A program made the position numbers and the translations under genes. Shown piece after piece: positions 46,144 to 59,165 of a stretch of DNA of 64,000 bases. The notes beneath the pieces were generated by a model that worked only from the letters and a program-made list of their open reading frames with translations, had not been told where the DNA came from and did no database searches. This stretch comes from Owenia fusiformis (Eukaryota): assembly GCA_903813345.2 (NCBI GenBank), contig CAIIXF020000001.1, positions 23,498,001-23,562,000 of the forward strand, read 5' to 3'. How positions within the stretch are numbered: the stretch's first letter is position 1; every line of letters begins with the position of its first letter.

Positions 46144-49100
46144 TTAGTCGAAGAGACCTGGAAATGGGAACAAATCAAATTTAAAGGTAATCACTACAAT
46201 TCAGAACTCTTAAATACCATGAAATGTTTGTACAACTCTGTATTGGATGAGCGGAAAGGGTAAGACGTCTTAGGTAGGGGTTTCAAAAGATACACTAAAT
46301 GGCGATTTTCTCTGCTTGTCTTTAACAAGCTTCACCATTGGATTGTTTACTGTTTCCATGTTCAACTTATAATTTCAAATAATTTAGCCTGTTGTTTTCA
46401 TCTATTTAGGTTTGTGAGAAATTGTAATGATATCCATGCAAGGATAGTTCTAGAAACTTAACCATGATGGAAAAATTTGCTACTTACCGAATCCCATGTC
46501 ATCATCTTCTTCCTCTGATGATTCCTCCTTCTTTTCTTCCTTCTTCTCCTCTGCAAAATAAAATATATTATTGAACATCTTGGTTTTGAATTGTAATTTT
46601 GAATTTTTGAGTACAACTGCCAATTTCTGGATATCACTATCCATCTAATGCAGATTAGATGTACATGTTGAAATATAAGAATACAACTCAAGTTCAAATA
46701 CAAGGCATTAACATGCAAAATATCACCATCTGTCTGACTGCTGAAAACCATCCGGCAAACACTGTTCATAAAAGAATTGGAAACCATAACATATGTCACT
46801 ACTTGAGGGACAAATCTTATAACACAGTTCACCAATTAGACATACTCACAGGCTGATATCGAAAGATTTGTCCGCTGTGACGGAGCATGCTATTTTTCAT
46901 AAAAACACTAAGAATGCTTCACGATTTATTTTTTAACTCATATGTTTCGCTATATCAAAGATAATTACTTACTCCATGCAATGGATATATCATTTGCGTG
47001 TAACCTTCACTTCTGTTTGAAGTCCATTAACGCTAGGAGTAAAAGCTATTGAAAACGGCGCCAGAGTATCAAACTCTAAAATGTACCATTTCTTTTTTAA
47101 CTTTTTAATGGCATGATATAGTGACACGATAATATTAACATATGTTTTCAGCATAACTCTGAATGTATTAATGAGATATTAATGCATTGGGTCTTTTAAA
47201 TTTTTTTATAAAAAATAATATTAATATTTTTTGTCCGCTGTGACGGAGCATTTTCACAGTTCACATTTGCAACTGCTCCGTCACAGCGGACAAAAAAATT
47301 AAACATTATTTTTTTATAAAAGAATTAAAAAGACCAAATACATCAACATCTCATTTATACCTTCATAGTTATGCTGAAACCATGTGTAAATATTATCGTG
47401 TCACTATATCGTGCCATTAGAAAGTTAAACAAGAAATGGTACATTTTAAAGTATGATACTCCGGCGCCATTTTCAATAGCTTTTCTTCCCAGCGTAATTG
47501 GACTTCAAACAGAAGTGAAAGTTACTCGCAAATGATATATCCATTGCATGGAGTAAGTAATTTTGTATGGTATAACGAAACATATGAGTTAAAAAATAAA
47601 TCGTGAAGTATTCTAAGTGTTTTTATGAAAAATAGCATGCTCCGTCACAGCGGACAAATATTTCGATACCAGCCTGTGATACTGTTACAAGAGAACCATA
47701 CTTATTGAATATTACATGGGAAGCAGTGTATGAGAACAAGAACTAGTGTTTACCTGCAGCAGGGGCACCACCTGCATCAGCAGCAGCTGGGGCTGCAGCA
47801 CCACCACCACCGCTTCCTACATTGGACACCAAGTCCCTAATGTTCATGCCTTGGACAGCCTTGGCAAACAGAGCTGAAATTGGAAATCATTGTGAATTAG
47901 TGGATCATTAACTTGAAAATGAGTCCAGTCTCACACACATGAACTTAATTTATCTATTGTATGAAAGGGATATTTTGGATAAAGCTGTTTTAAAATGTGC
48001 TCATCCCACTGTATCACTAGAGTATTTTTTAAGTTAGACATGACCTAAGAAATCAACAAAAAATGATGTGTATCGTTGACCTAATCAGGTTTTCTAGCTG
48101 TTCTGATAAAGTATTTCAATTAAATGCAAACTAGATTTTTAACAGGACAGCATGTAATTGCTCTTTACTTACTTGGCCAGAAGGGTTCTACTGATACACC
48201 GGCAGCATTCAGGATGGTGTTGATTTTGTCATCCTGGAAAAATCAATGAAACTTAATTAAGATTATAGATCAACACAACACAGTATTTTCCAAAGGGAAA
48301 CCATTCAATCATTTCAAATTCCTCATAATCGTTCAATACATTCAAATCAGATATACATGTAGGTTAGGAATACAGATTTTGTTAAAAAATTCTAAGATTC
48401 TGAAACAGTCAAGTTTACTCTAAGGAGGATTTAGGCTGCATCATTCTTTAGCAATCTTCCCTAACTGGCGTTAACGACTGGTTAAGCTATTGAAGTTATC
48501 AGCTGCCTCTGTGCCGATCAGGACTTCTTTTCATCAATCGAGTGGAAATTTTCACCAAGAATCAAAAATGGCAGATATTACCCAAATTCATGAAGTGACG
48601 CACAACTCTCCAGAGATTTATGAATGATCTTCAGAGTGTGTGTAAGCTCTCATTTGGAAATCTTTAGAGATTTTAAACAATAGGCTACTTCTGAAATTTT
48701 ACTATATCAAAACCAACACTTTGGTATCTTGGTACAAAATATCTACTCAACAAATAAAGAGAATTCTTGATCAATTCAGAGACAGCTTAGACTTATGCAA
48801 ATAGAGGACAATTTTCACTTTTCATTTTCAAATGAGGTATGCATGAACCAATCTGGCAATAATATTTCTAAGCGTTCATCTCCAGACCAAGATCCAGACC
48901 AAGAAACGAACATCAGAGTAACATTATTAGAGTATAATACCGAGAAATATAGTTACAATGAAAATATGCACTATGCACCAACAGGAAACGATCGATCCTC
49001 TTATTGAAGACCTTTATTATTTTCAAAACATGACAATTTGTGGTACGAGCTTTACAGCAATAACATACCTAGTCATATAAATCTGACCCTCGTATTATGT

Positions 49101-52100
49101 TATTTGTTGTTATTTTTCTGATTTTGGATATTTATTTTTTCTTATTGTCTTGCATACGAGGGTCATACACACTCCGCGCATCAATATTGCGGGAAATGCT
49201 TTCCTGGCCTGTCTACCCAACCAAATTCACACAAATGATAAATAAATTTCTTTGCTTCAACTATAAAGTATTTAATCTTACCTTAGGCACGTAAAACACT
49301 TGGTAATTGAAGAAATATAAGCATGCCACTTGAATTTTAAAATTTTTTCATTTTGCCATACCAAGGTCACTTCCGGGTTAATCCGAGTCTAGATGTAAAA
49401 CTATATCAAACGAAATCATAAGTATTTGTTACACGAAGATTCAGTTGAAAGGGAAGCAGTGTCGTTAAGAAGGGAAGTTATTTGGAAAATTTATTGTTTC
49501 AAAATGAGAAAAGTAATAAGTATGAGAGAACGGCTTTGGAATCGATCTCTGTGTAATAAATAATTATGATTCCGTTTCGATACATGTTTTACATTTAGAC
49601 TACCGGAAACAACATTCAGCAACATGGCGGGCAATAATGAAAATATAATTCAATTGATTATATTTCGTCAATTATCAAGCATTTTACATGTCTAAGGTAA
49701 GATTTAACACTTTGATGTTGGAGCGAAATAATTACTCGATAATTTGTGTGACTTTGGTTAGTATGGTAACTATGGTTACCAAGACAGGACAGAAAAGCAT
49801 TTACCGCAATTTGTTAGCAATTATATCTACAACCGTATATGCTAAGAAAATGATAAAAAATAAATATCCAAATAAGAACAAGAAAAATCGAAGAACAGCA
49901 TACAACGGTCGGATTTATATGACTATAACATACCTTACTTCCTGCGAAAGCTATTTGGATTTTGATATAATAACTTTCCCACGGAGCATTTGGACAGCTG
50001 AATGATTGTGACCTTTGAAATCGAATTAAGTCGATCCGCGGCTTACTTTTGGTCTCTAACTGTGTCTTACATCAGTATCATCAATCCGTGTGAGTATTAC
50101 AGTCCATTTCATTACCTCATTTCGTCAGTAGAACGGCAAAAATAAGAAATAGGGAGACCATTGTGCAATAATATATGGAAAAGTATATTCATAATGTACA
50201 TGAATGACATTTGTATATTTCAGTTTTTTAGTTTTTTGTGCAATAAGCCTGTGCTGTCTTGTAATTTGAAGAATTTCAGCCATGTTAATCTTATTAAAAT
50301 AACATGGCAGAGAAACATCCAAATATAAGAGGCCACACACTTTATAAGCCAAACTAGAAGCAATCCAAGATATACAAATGTCATTCATGTACATTATGAA
50401 TATACTTTTCCATATATTATTGCACAATGGTCTCCCAATTTCTTATTTTTGCCGTTCTACTGACGAAATGAAGCAGTGAAATGGACTCTAGAGCGCTGAA
50501 ATACTTCTTTTTCGATCAAGACTTGTAAATTGTTCATCGAGTGAATGTTTTTTAGACCTATTTCCAATATGGCGGTTTGCTAGGAGCAAGATACGCAATG
50601 AACGAAATGAATTTTGAGAATCAGTTAGGTTCGGACAACCTCCGGAGATTTACGAAAATGTCCCAGCAGAAAATGTCATATTGGAATTTGGCAGTAAAAA
50701 CATTCACTCGACTAACAATTACAAGTCTTGATCGAAAAGGAAGTACTTCAGCGCTCCAATACTTACACGGATTGATGATACCGATGTAAGACACAGTTAG
50801 AGACCAAAAGTAAGCCGTGGATCGACTTAATTCGATTTCAAAGGTCACTATTAATCAGCTGTTCACTTCCCCGTTTGAGAACCATAAGTTTCAAAATCTA
50901 ACATGGCTCTCGAAGTGAGTAAAACATACCTAGATAAATTCCTGAATATTTGGGATTCATTTATATAGTCAAATCTTCAAACAAGGGTTTTAGCGACACA
51001 GCAAGGAAGTTTTCATTTTTTCATTGATATCTCTTCATTATATGCTGGTAAGGTTTAGAAAGGGAATCCCCGTAATGACTAGTGTTGTCGCATTGTGCCA
51101 TAATCGTACATCGATGCATCGGCAATTTTCAGTAGTAAACATCGATGCACATCGCGATGTACATCGAGAAAAAGTCCGAGAAAAGTGCACTGAAATACCG
51201 AACGCTAATGCACTAAAATACCGAACAGAACAAATTAATAAGAGTACGCTGGTACATCCGGGAACTTCTAGTAACGATGAAATGAAAGTAAAGTAATTTT
51301 TTTTAGATTAATGGTTCATTTCGACTAGCTAAAACAGTTTTAAAGCGAAAGAATATCAGAAAACATTGGAAAATGAAATAAGACATGAGAAAGGTAAGCG
51401 ATTTGCGCCAAAATAAGATAAGAAAGGGTGATTTTTAGCAAATCAAATTTTTTTAAAACATCGATGTTTTGTTTCAGACATCGATGCATCGCCAGAATCA
51501 GCTTTGGCGATGTATATCGCGATGCATCGATTAATCGCTACGACACTAGTAATGACATCCAGCTCTAGTGCTGCATAGCGCATAAAATGAAAGCTAAAGA
51601 AGGAACAAACAACCAGACACAGTTATGAAAAGTAAAAAAAAATGGAAAAGAAAATGATGTGATAAAACCCTAGACTATATCCTCTAGTCTGATATTTTTT
51701 GAAATTTGGTTGAAAATATTCAGACTAGAGACGACATATTGCCAGATGTGGTGTTTCATGAATTTTGATAAAAGATCGTATATAATGATAATATGAATAC
51801 TGAATAAAGCACTTACATTCTTATTTTTACTTGTTTTGTCTTATAACTGAAGATATTCATAAAACTTTCAAGACGATTTTAGTTGATATCAATATAACCG
51901 CCATGTTTGTCATTCTCAATTCCCAGTATGCAACACGATACGAGATTTCACTAGTGACGTCATTATGTTTGTAAACAAATCACACGTGGATGGGCAGAGC
52001 ATAGTTCCGGAAATGCATTTATGCAAATTTCTGTGCATATCACTATTCGAACGTGTTTCTGGATTACGTCATATCTGGTGAATGGGGCGGAATGATAATG

Positions 52101-55100
52101 AGGAGGTGGAGTTTCAGAGTTTGTCACATGTTTGAGGTTAAACGTCAGAGTTCAAAAATTTGGAAATCTCGTTTATATCTCGTGAACTCAAACGTCCTTG
52201 ACATTAGTTGAATTGCCATTTTGAAACCAACCTAATGAAAACAGGTGAGTTGAAACAATTTATTATTTTATAGCAAACTGTAGCCGTCTATTGCTAATAA
52301 TTTAAGGAAATGTTTAAGATAAAGGCATCAGTAATACATGTACCAAATTTCATCTTGAGAGAACTTGTAATGAAAGAGAAATTAATGTGCACGAAATTTC
52401 ATGGAATTTCCCATACGAGCCAAATGAAGATCAATAGACCGAATTCTCAGGATACTCGGTCTATTGGAAATAGACTAGATAAAACCCCAGAATTATCCCT
52501 AATAATAGTCAGTGAAGTAATTGCAGCTTCCCATAAGATGTCAATGGACTCGGGATCGATCATTCTGAACAGCAAGTTAGTGCGCCACCAGCCAGCACAT
52601 TCAAAATTGGCGCACATTTTCATTGTAACCAATAAATAGATCTACAGTCATTTTTTTATTCTGGGAATCAGTTCATATGGTTGAAATAAGGAAAGAATGT
52701 GATGTAACCACGTGTCTACTTACCGGCTTGTTGTATGTCATCCATCGGACTAGTTTACATCGTGAGACGCAGCCAAACACGACACTGAAGGCAACAGCAT
52801 ATCTATCTTGATCTTAGCTGAATTTTTGGAAATTTAGATCGTCCATTTTGCAAGCTCACGTGACTGACACGTGACACGTGTCTGATCACGTGACTAGTTA
52901 CTGTATCGATCATGTGACTTAATCACGTGTCAATGACGTGTCACCCAACCATGTCTTCAAGGAAAACGGAAGTAAATATTTTGGAAAATATTTTCCGAGC
53001 ATTTGCTACTGATTATAGAAGTCCCAATAACGAACGAAACTGCTAAATTGTATTTCGTGCCTAACAGGCGCAGTACGCAATGAAACTGCTAAATTGTATT
53101 TTTAGTCTGCTTATTGATCTATTGATTCATAAAGACCTGAAATGATGCATTCAAATAAGACCGCCTCCTAAATGAAAATTCTACACCTAAGGTGGTGAAA
53201 AAGAACGAACTAAAGTTGAAAGATCGCAACGTTCGCTACTTTGATCAATTCCGGAAATCTCCAAGGGGCTGCAAATGGGAAATTATTTAGATTTTATAAC
53301 CTCAGAATAGTTGCTTCATTGTTGTGTTTGGCTGCGTTCCACGATGTAGCCTTATCGCATCCTACGACCCCTTTAGATTGTGGTCGTACGCCGGTATCAT
53401 TGGTAAGCCTGTCTTTCTACAATGTCGGAGAATGAACTACGCATTGCAATATTAAATGACCTACCTCGATACATTCCAGAGTATTTTAGAATTCTTTTTA
53501 TGTTGTTAGATCGCCAATTGTATGGGTTTATCGGCAGAACGAAGAGATTTTAGTTTTTACATCGGAAATATATCAGCAATTTTCAAAATGTCGGAAGGGG
53601 AATTCCCCAGGGATTTCCCTTAGACTGGTGCATGCCGGGAACTGAATGGAGGAATTGGACGGTTGAAATAAGTTAAATATTACACGCAAATATTGCTATC
53701 AAAAACGAAAACCTCTTCGTTCTGCCGATAAACCCACACAATTGTGGATTCAACTACACAAAAAGAATGCTAAAATACCAAGGAATCTATTGAAATAGGT
53801 ATCTTAAGGTCAGGGTGCATGATAGGAAATTTTCTGCATTCCTCAATTGAGTCACATGTTATTTTTCTAACAAGAATCACTCCTTCCCCACATTGTCTAT
53901 ATCTTCCAGTTTTGCACAAAGAGTACACTTATGTGCCTAGAAAAGACTTGTGAGAAGAACGTTTTGATAAAGTGTATAAAAAACAAGAAAATTCAGTGAA
54001 AAAAATCAGAAAATTTTCAGAAATTTTTTTCACTGAATTTTCTCATTTTTTATACATTTTACAAAACAAACCTTCTCACAAGGCTTTTCTAGGCACATAA
54101 GTGCACTCTTTGTGCAAACTTGGAAGATGTAGACAATGTTGGGAAGGAGTTATTCTTGTTTGAAAAATAACATGTGACTCAATTGAGGAATGCAGAAAAT
54201 TTTCCAACATGCACCCTGTCCTTAAGATACCTATTTCAATAGATTCCTTGGTATTTTAGCATTCTTTTTGTGTACAGTAAAACCTGCGAACAGGGAATGC
54301 TCTTCGGACTGGAGGAAAGTTTCCTTGTTCAGAGGTTTTCCCTATAGAGAGGGGCCGCACTTTCAGCAAACTCACAATTGCCGAATACGCATTTTTTGTA
54401 TATATTTGGGCATTAATTGATTTTACCAATGCCGACTCCATACTTGGTTGCTATACCTTGTTGTGACATCTTGGAAGATGTATGAAGGTCTCCCACCTCC
54501 CTCCTTTAGCTGAGGGTAAGGAGCATTCTCCCGATGTTGATTTAAGCCGCTGCTGCTGGCGTATGATGATGTCTAGTTGTTGTAATTATTGATAGATTTG
54601 GCTCAACATGACACATGTACTTACATGTATCTGTTATCTCCATAAAACAATTGTGTCAATCCCTAGATTATCACAACTGATTTGATGTAATTATGTTTGT
54701 TGAAAGGAAGAATTAGTGTCATGATAATTAGTAACAAACAGATTAGTATTAGTTTTAAAATATATCAGGGTAATTAACAGTGGGTGGGATGCTTCATCGT
54801 GTAAATAATTGGCTTATCTTAATCTCAATCATATTAATCCAAGCTTTTTAGAATCAGATATTGGCTTAAGACTTTCACATCTCTGAAAAATAATGGAATA
54901 TACAGTGTCACCAATATTCCATATTCCTTGTTCACAGGTGAATTTTCATAATTTGCACCAAAATAGTGTTCCTTGTTCCCTGTTCACAGGTTTTCCCTAC
55001 AGAGAGGGTCTGTTAACATGTAAGTCAATGGAAAAATATTTGGTTCTTTTGAAAAGCATTCCTTGTTCATAGGTTTTCCCTACAGAGAGGTATTCCATCG

Positions 55101-55861
55101 GACAGGTTTTACTGTAGTTGAAATGAGAAAATTCAGTGAAAAAAAATTCTGAAATTTTTTTGAATTTTTTCACTGAATTTTCTTGTTTTTTATACACTTT
55201 ATCAAAACATTCTTCTCACAAGTCTTTTCTAGGCACATAAGTGCACTCTTTGTGCAAAACTGGAAGATATAGACAATGTGGGGAAGGAGGGATTCTTGTT
55301 TGAAAAATAACATGTGACTCAATTGAGGAATGCAGAGAATTTCCCATCATGCACCATGACCTTAAGTGTAAGTAGCGTAGAAAATTCTCCCATGTTGTAA
55401 TCGTACAGACAAAAGAATAAGACGTTCGCAAGACTAGAACGTAGAGATAGTCTTGGAACGAGATAAGATGTAGCCTAGTCTGATGGATGACATAGATCAA
55501 GCCGGTAAGTAGACACGTGGTTACATCACATTCTTTCCTTATTCTAACCATATGAACTGATTCCCAGAATAAATAAAAAAATCACTGTAGGCTACATTCA
55601 CATTTTTCAGCTTACAAACAAAATCTGTCCAAATGGAAAGTTAGCTGTGGACATTTTGTATATGTTGGAGGAAGGATCAATTCATAAACTTCATGTGTAA
55701 AACATCACTCTTACTTCAAGAGTCTACTGAAATTAAATAATTAAAAAATTATTTTTAAAAAAATGTGAAATATTTTCGAAATTTCTTACGGTGATCTGTA
55801 CATCATCATCAGCAAGGATGAGAGCACTGTAAATGCAAGCAAGTTCGTCGTTGGATGCCAT
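46144..55861 (-). CDS. RPLP1: 60S acidic ribosomal protein P1, 5 coding exons, 109 aa
   Basis: Exons (-): 55861-55790 MASNDELACIYSALILADDDVQIT; 48233-48173 DDKINTILNAAGVSVEPFWP; 47873-47754 TLFAKAVQGMNIRDLVSNVGSGGGGAAAP...; 46550-46488 EEKKEEKKEESSEEEDDDMGF; 46157-46144 GLFD*. AATAAA on the - strand at about 46030-46035. Confidence 0.96.
46847..47678. mobile_element. 832-bp foldback MITE (about 405-bp arms) with CAC...GTG termini and 5-bp TSD (ATACT), in RPLP1 intron 3
   Basis: ATACT|CACAGGCTG...CAGCCTGTG|ATACT. The motif TTTGTCCGCTGTGACGGAGCA occurs twice per arm; loop about 23 bp. Confidence 0.9.
49935..50925. mobile_element. Foldback element whose left arm is interrupted by a second MITE (50100-50488, TA TSD)
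   Basis: Outer arms GTGACCTTTGAAATCGAATTAAGTCGATCC / GGATCGACTTAATTCGATTTCAAAGGTCAC. Inner TA|CAGTCCATTTCA...TGAAATGGACTC|TA with about 120-bp TIRs. The right outer arm retains the empty site. Confidence 0.85.
51080..51548. mobile_element. hAT-type MITE with 8-bp TSD
   Basis: GTAATGAC|TAGTGTTG...CGACACTA|GTAATGAC, with multiple CATCGATG subterminal repeats. Confidence 0.88.
52645..55587. mobile_element. Composite TIR element (about 120-bp TIRs, TA TSD) with nested MITEs: TTAA-flanked palindromes 53456-53803 and 53808-54221, pogo-like 54275-55114, inverted partial copy 55122-55361
   Basis: TA|CAGTCATTTTTTTATTCTGGGAATCAGTTCATATGG...CCATATGAACTGATTCCCAGAATAAA...CACTG|TA. Inner TTAA|GGTCAGGGTGCATG...CATGCACCCTGTCC|TTAA is Kolobok-like. 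Inner TA|CAGTAAAACCTG...CAGGTTTTACTG|TA. Confidence 0.85.
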
Positions 55862-55959
55862 TCTTTCTTTTTCTTTATAGTTTTACTGTGGATGGATTAC
55901 TATCTTAGTGTATGTCGCCGATTTTGGCCTTAGCTTCAAGAAGAACACTACACTTTGAA

Positions 55960-56010
55960 AGCAATATGGCTGAAAGGAAGAAGAGACTTTGTTCGAGATC
56001 TCGCGAGAGG
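55960..56010. promoter_or_regulatory. Bidirectional RPLP1/FAM32A core promoter
   Basis: On the - strand, pyrimidine tract TCTCTTCTTCCTTTC (55986-55972; TCT/5'TOP-like) followed by YY1-like CAGCCATATT. Palindrome TCTCGCGAGA at 55999-56008. ETS-like CCGGAAGT at 56230-56237. Confidence 0.75.
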
Positions 56011-56019
56011 AAAATAAAA

Positions 56020-57478
56020 ATGTCTGCTTACGAAAACGTATCTCGGGGAGCTCTGAAATTAAAAGGTGTTTCTGACTCTGGAATGAAAAAGTAAGACTTT
56101 CAATACATGCCGACTGTCAATTTATGTGTTTCAGTTAACCCGTAACATAATTTCATACCGTAGCTCATTTTAGTTGTGAAGAAATTGGGACCGTAATTTT
56201 ATAATTTTCATTTTGATTTTAAACAAAACCCGGAAGTAAGCTTAGGCTTTACTTTTCACAGCATTTTCAAAGAAAGGGGCCAAAAATGTCAAACCTACCT
56301 CGTCTCCCTACGGATCTTTTACTATATACAAGGAAGAAATTGAAGAATAGGGCAAAATGATGCTGAGAAAAGTATACACGAAAAAGAGATTCAGACAGGC
56401 TCTCAAGAATGATTCAGAAAAAAGTATCCAAGAACCACCCGGTCTCTTTGAACAGCCCCACGTCCTGAAAGAAGAGACCCGATACAATTGTACATGTATA
56501 ATCAAAGCTAAATCTCTAGTACTCTTTTGGTGTACATTTGTAATTGTATGATTATGTGTTTTAGGAAGAAAAAGAAGAAGTCCAAGGAAAAAGAGAGAGA
56601 AAGGCTGATGCTTGAGCAAGCTCAGCAGCAACAAGCCAATTCTGATGATGGTGCATCTTCATCCCAAAAAGAATACAGAACTAAAGCTGAAGAGGCTTAT
56701 ATTGAAAGAAAAAAAGCATTGGTATGTACGTGTAGATCAATTTGGAATAGTTCTTTTATTGTACTTGCCTCACTTTCAGATCTTTCAGAATAGTTGAGTT
56801 GGATTCAACATGAAACAGATAAAGGACATAACACTTAAAAATATATGATGAAGGGTTCAGTGTTGCGAAAGATTGTTGAAGTGGTGCATTTTGTCATTGT
56901 TGATTCAACCAATTGTTTCACTTTGCCATTCATAGAATAAAATGATTTGTTTTTCAGAAACAGCAAGAGTTATTAAAGATGGCGTCCAAAACTCACAAAG
57001 AAAGAATCATGGTAAGTTTCTGACTATTCTAAAGTAAAACTTTTTTCCATTTCCATTTGAATGTTTTGAAATTATTTTTGTATAGATGAATTTATACCTG
57101 CCTAGCTCACTCTATTTTTACACATTACATGTATGTTTAATTGATGATTTTGAATTATAATACATGTACCTGTATATAACATTCACTTCTCTAATCTGAA
57201 CATGTGTTTTCTGAACACACTTTTTGTGCCAGTTTGTTAAATCTCCCATCCAGCTCCCATCTGGCAATCTAAGGTTTCTTTCCATTTAAGAATTCAACGT
57301 GTTATAAACATTTTCACTTTTCTCAATAAACGAAATATTTGAATGCTGAGATATGTATTCTTCAGCAAGTAAAATCAATCAATAAGAATGTATTATTTAT
57401 CCTTTTCAGGAATTCAATGAAAAATTGGGCAATCTAAGTGAACATTATGACATTCCTAAAGTTAGTTGGACTAAGTAA
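56020..57478 (+). CDS. FAM32A: Protein FAM32A-like, 4 coding exons, 116 aa
   Basis: Exons 56020-56090 (MSAYENVSRGALKLKGV...), 56565-56721 (KKKKKSK...RTKAEEAY), 56958-57011 (ASKTHKERIM), 57410-57478 (EFNEKLGNLSEHYDIPKVSWTK*). AATAAA at 58193. Confidence 0.93.
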
Positions 57479-59165
57479 GAGGCAGAACACATTATATATT
57501 GGATCCATGGACTTCACTACAGAAGTACAGCCACACATGAGTGCATAACATTTTCTCAACAAGCTGGACTTGACATATGAGCATCCAGTGTCTGATATAT
57601 AGGCTAGATCTGGCAAGAGTACATTGTTCCGATATTGCTGAATGAAGTGTGATTATTTGACACATCCAATGGTGTACCAACATGCCAGTTCAAAAGGATA
57701 CATTGTGACATGTCATACCTGGTCAGTCCTGTGAGACTCCACAACACTTGCATGTAAATCACTCAGAATATTGTGAGGGACTAGAAAGGGGCAGCCACTG
57801 TGCACTCTTTGTAAAAAACGTCCGTGGCATTGATGAAGGAAACTGACAATCCTTTGATAATGGATTACTATTTATTGAATAGATGAAATTCAGCAAATCC
57901 TGCTATCTCTGTAAACCAAGATTGGTAATTTGTAGGTTTGGCGTTACTGTACCATTCACTAGATAACTAACAGGCCTAATACATTATTTAGTGAAAAAAT
58001 GAATTATTTTGTAAGTTTTCTGGTCCATCATCTTGCACATTGAATACTGTCAAATGATTGAATGATCATTCTTGTCTGTAAAATTGACCAGATACTGTCA
58101 TTTTTCACAATTGAACCTAATCTAATTTTAATCTAATTTTTTGTTGTTTTTATTCCAGATTTGTGCTGTGTGTACATATTATGTATGCTAGAAATAAATA
58201 AAAAAAAATTAAAAGAACCCCTGAGTTGTGTCCACATATTAATGGGTGGTGGGGGAACATGTTTTACTCACATTACAAAAAGAGTACAATGAACTCGTTT
58301 GGCCCAATTATGAAATGATTTCAACAAATATTATGATTGATGCTGACATGGTTGTGACCAACTTTTGTCGCATCCATCAGAATACTTTATGTGCATTAAA
58401 AAATGACGATAACTCTATAATTTTATCTTTTTGCTCATCCTGTAATTGAACCTACAAAGAATACTTTTACAAATTAGGCTAATGAATGACATTTCCACTA
58501 AATTATAGTGACTTGAGACCAGTTGAGAGTAAATTATCATCATAGTCTCTACATTTTTGTGGACAGTGTTTGGCGGTAGATGTTCATTGTCTGTAACAAA
58601 TGGTGGTGACATTTTGCATGTTAATTGCTTGTTAATGATATGCCAATTTCTAAAAGTACGAAATGTTCCAACTTCATTTCAGGATAATGCTTCAATTTTA
58701 AAAATTATCTGGCAAAAAATATATAACAAGCTTAGAATCTATCCCAAAGTTAATAAACAGGAGTACTTTATGCCTTATAAAGTAAACAACAAAAAAGAGT
58801 CTTAATCAGTTCATGATTTTATATTTTTCACATGCTGTTCCTAGAAGACATCACAACAATGTGCAGTATAGTTTTGGCTCTTTCAGCGCACAAAAATATA
58901 CCTCTAATATTATCATCAAATATAAAAAAGAAATCCAATTTAAAGGGGCATTCAGATGTTCTATCATTGAAAGTCTTACAATATCTTTTTTTATTTACAA
59001 TTTTGATAAGTTATCTCTTTTTAGTTTATGTACAATTTGTATATATATACAATTTTTACAGTTATGTATACAAGGCTAAATAGGCTTCCTTCAACTCAAA
59101 GGTAATACATAAATACAAGAAAATTAAATTTTATAATATTACTGCTGCTTGTAGTTGTAGATATA

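Noticed and set aside
48485-48545. Box C/D snoRNA in RPLP1 intron 1 (TGATGA...CTGA...CTGA on the - strand)
   Set aside because: Box spacing is short and I could not identify an rRNA-complementary guide. A snoscan/Infernal search would be needed.
49688-55551. 60-110 aa ORFs in RPLP1 intron 1
   Set aside because: They lie in or across palindromic MITEs and show no transposase or other motifs.
55669-55680. GGAAGGATCA match to the 18S rRNA 3' end (U13-like guide on the - strand)
   Set aside because: Only 10 nt, with no proper C box or second U13 antisense element; probably chance.
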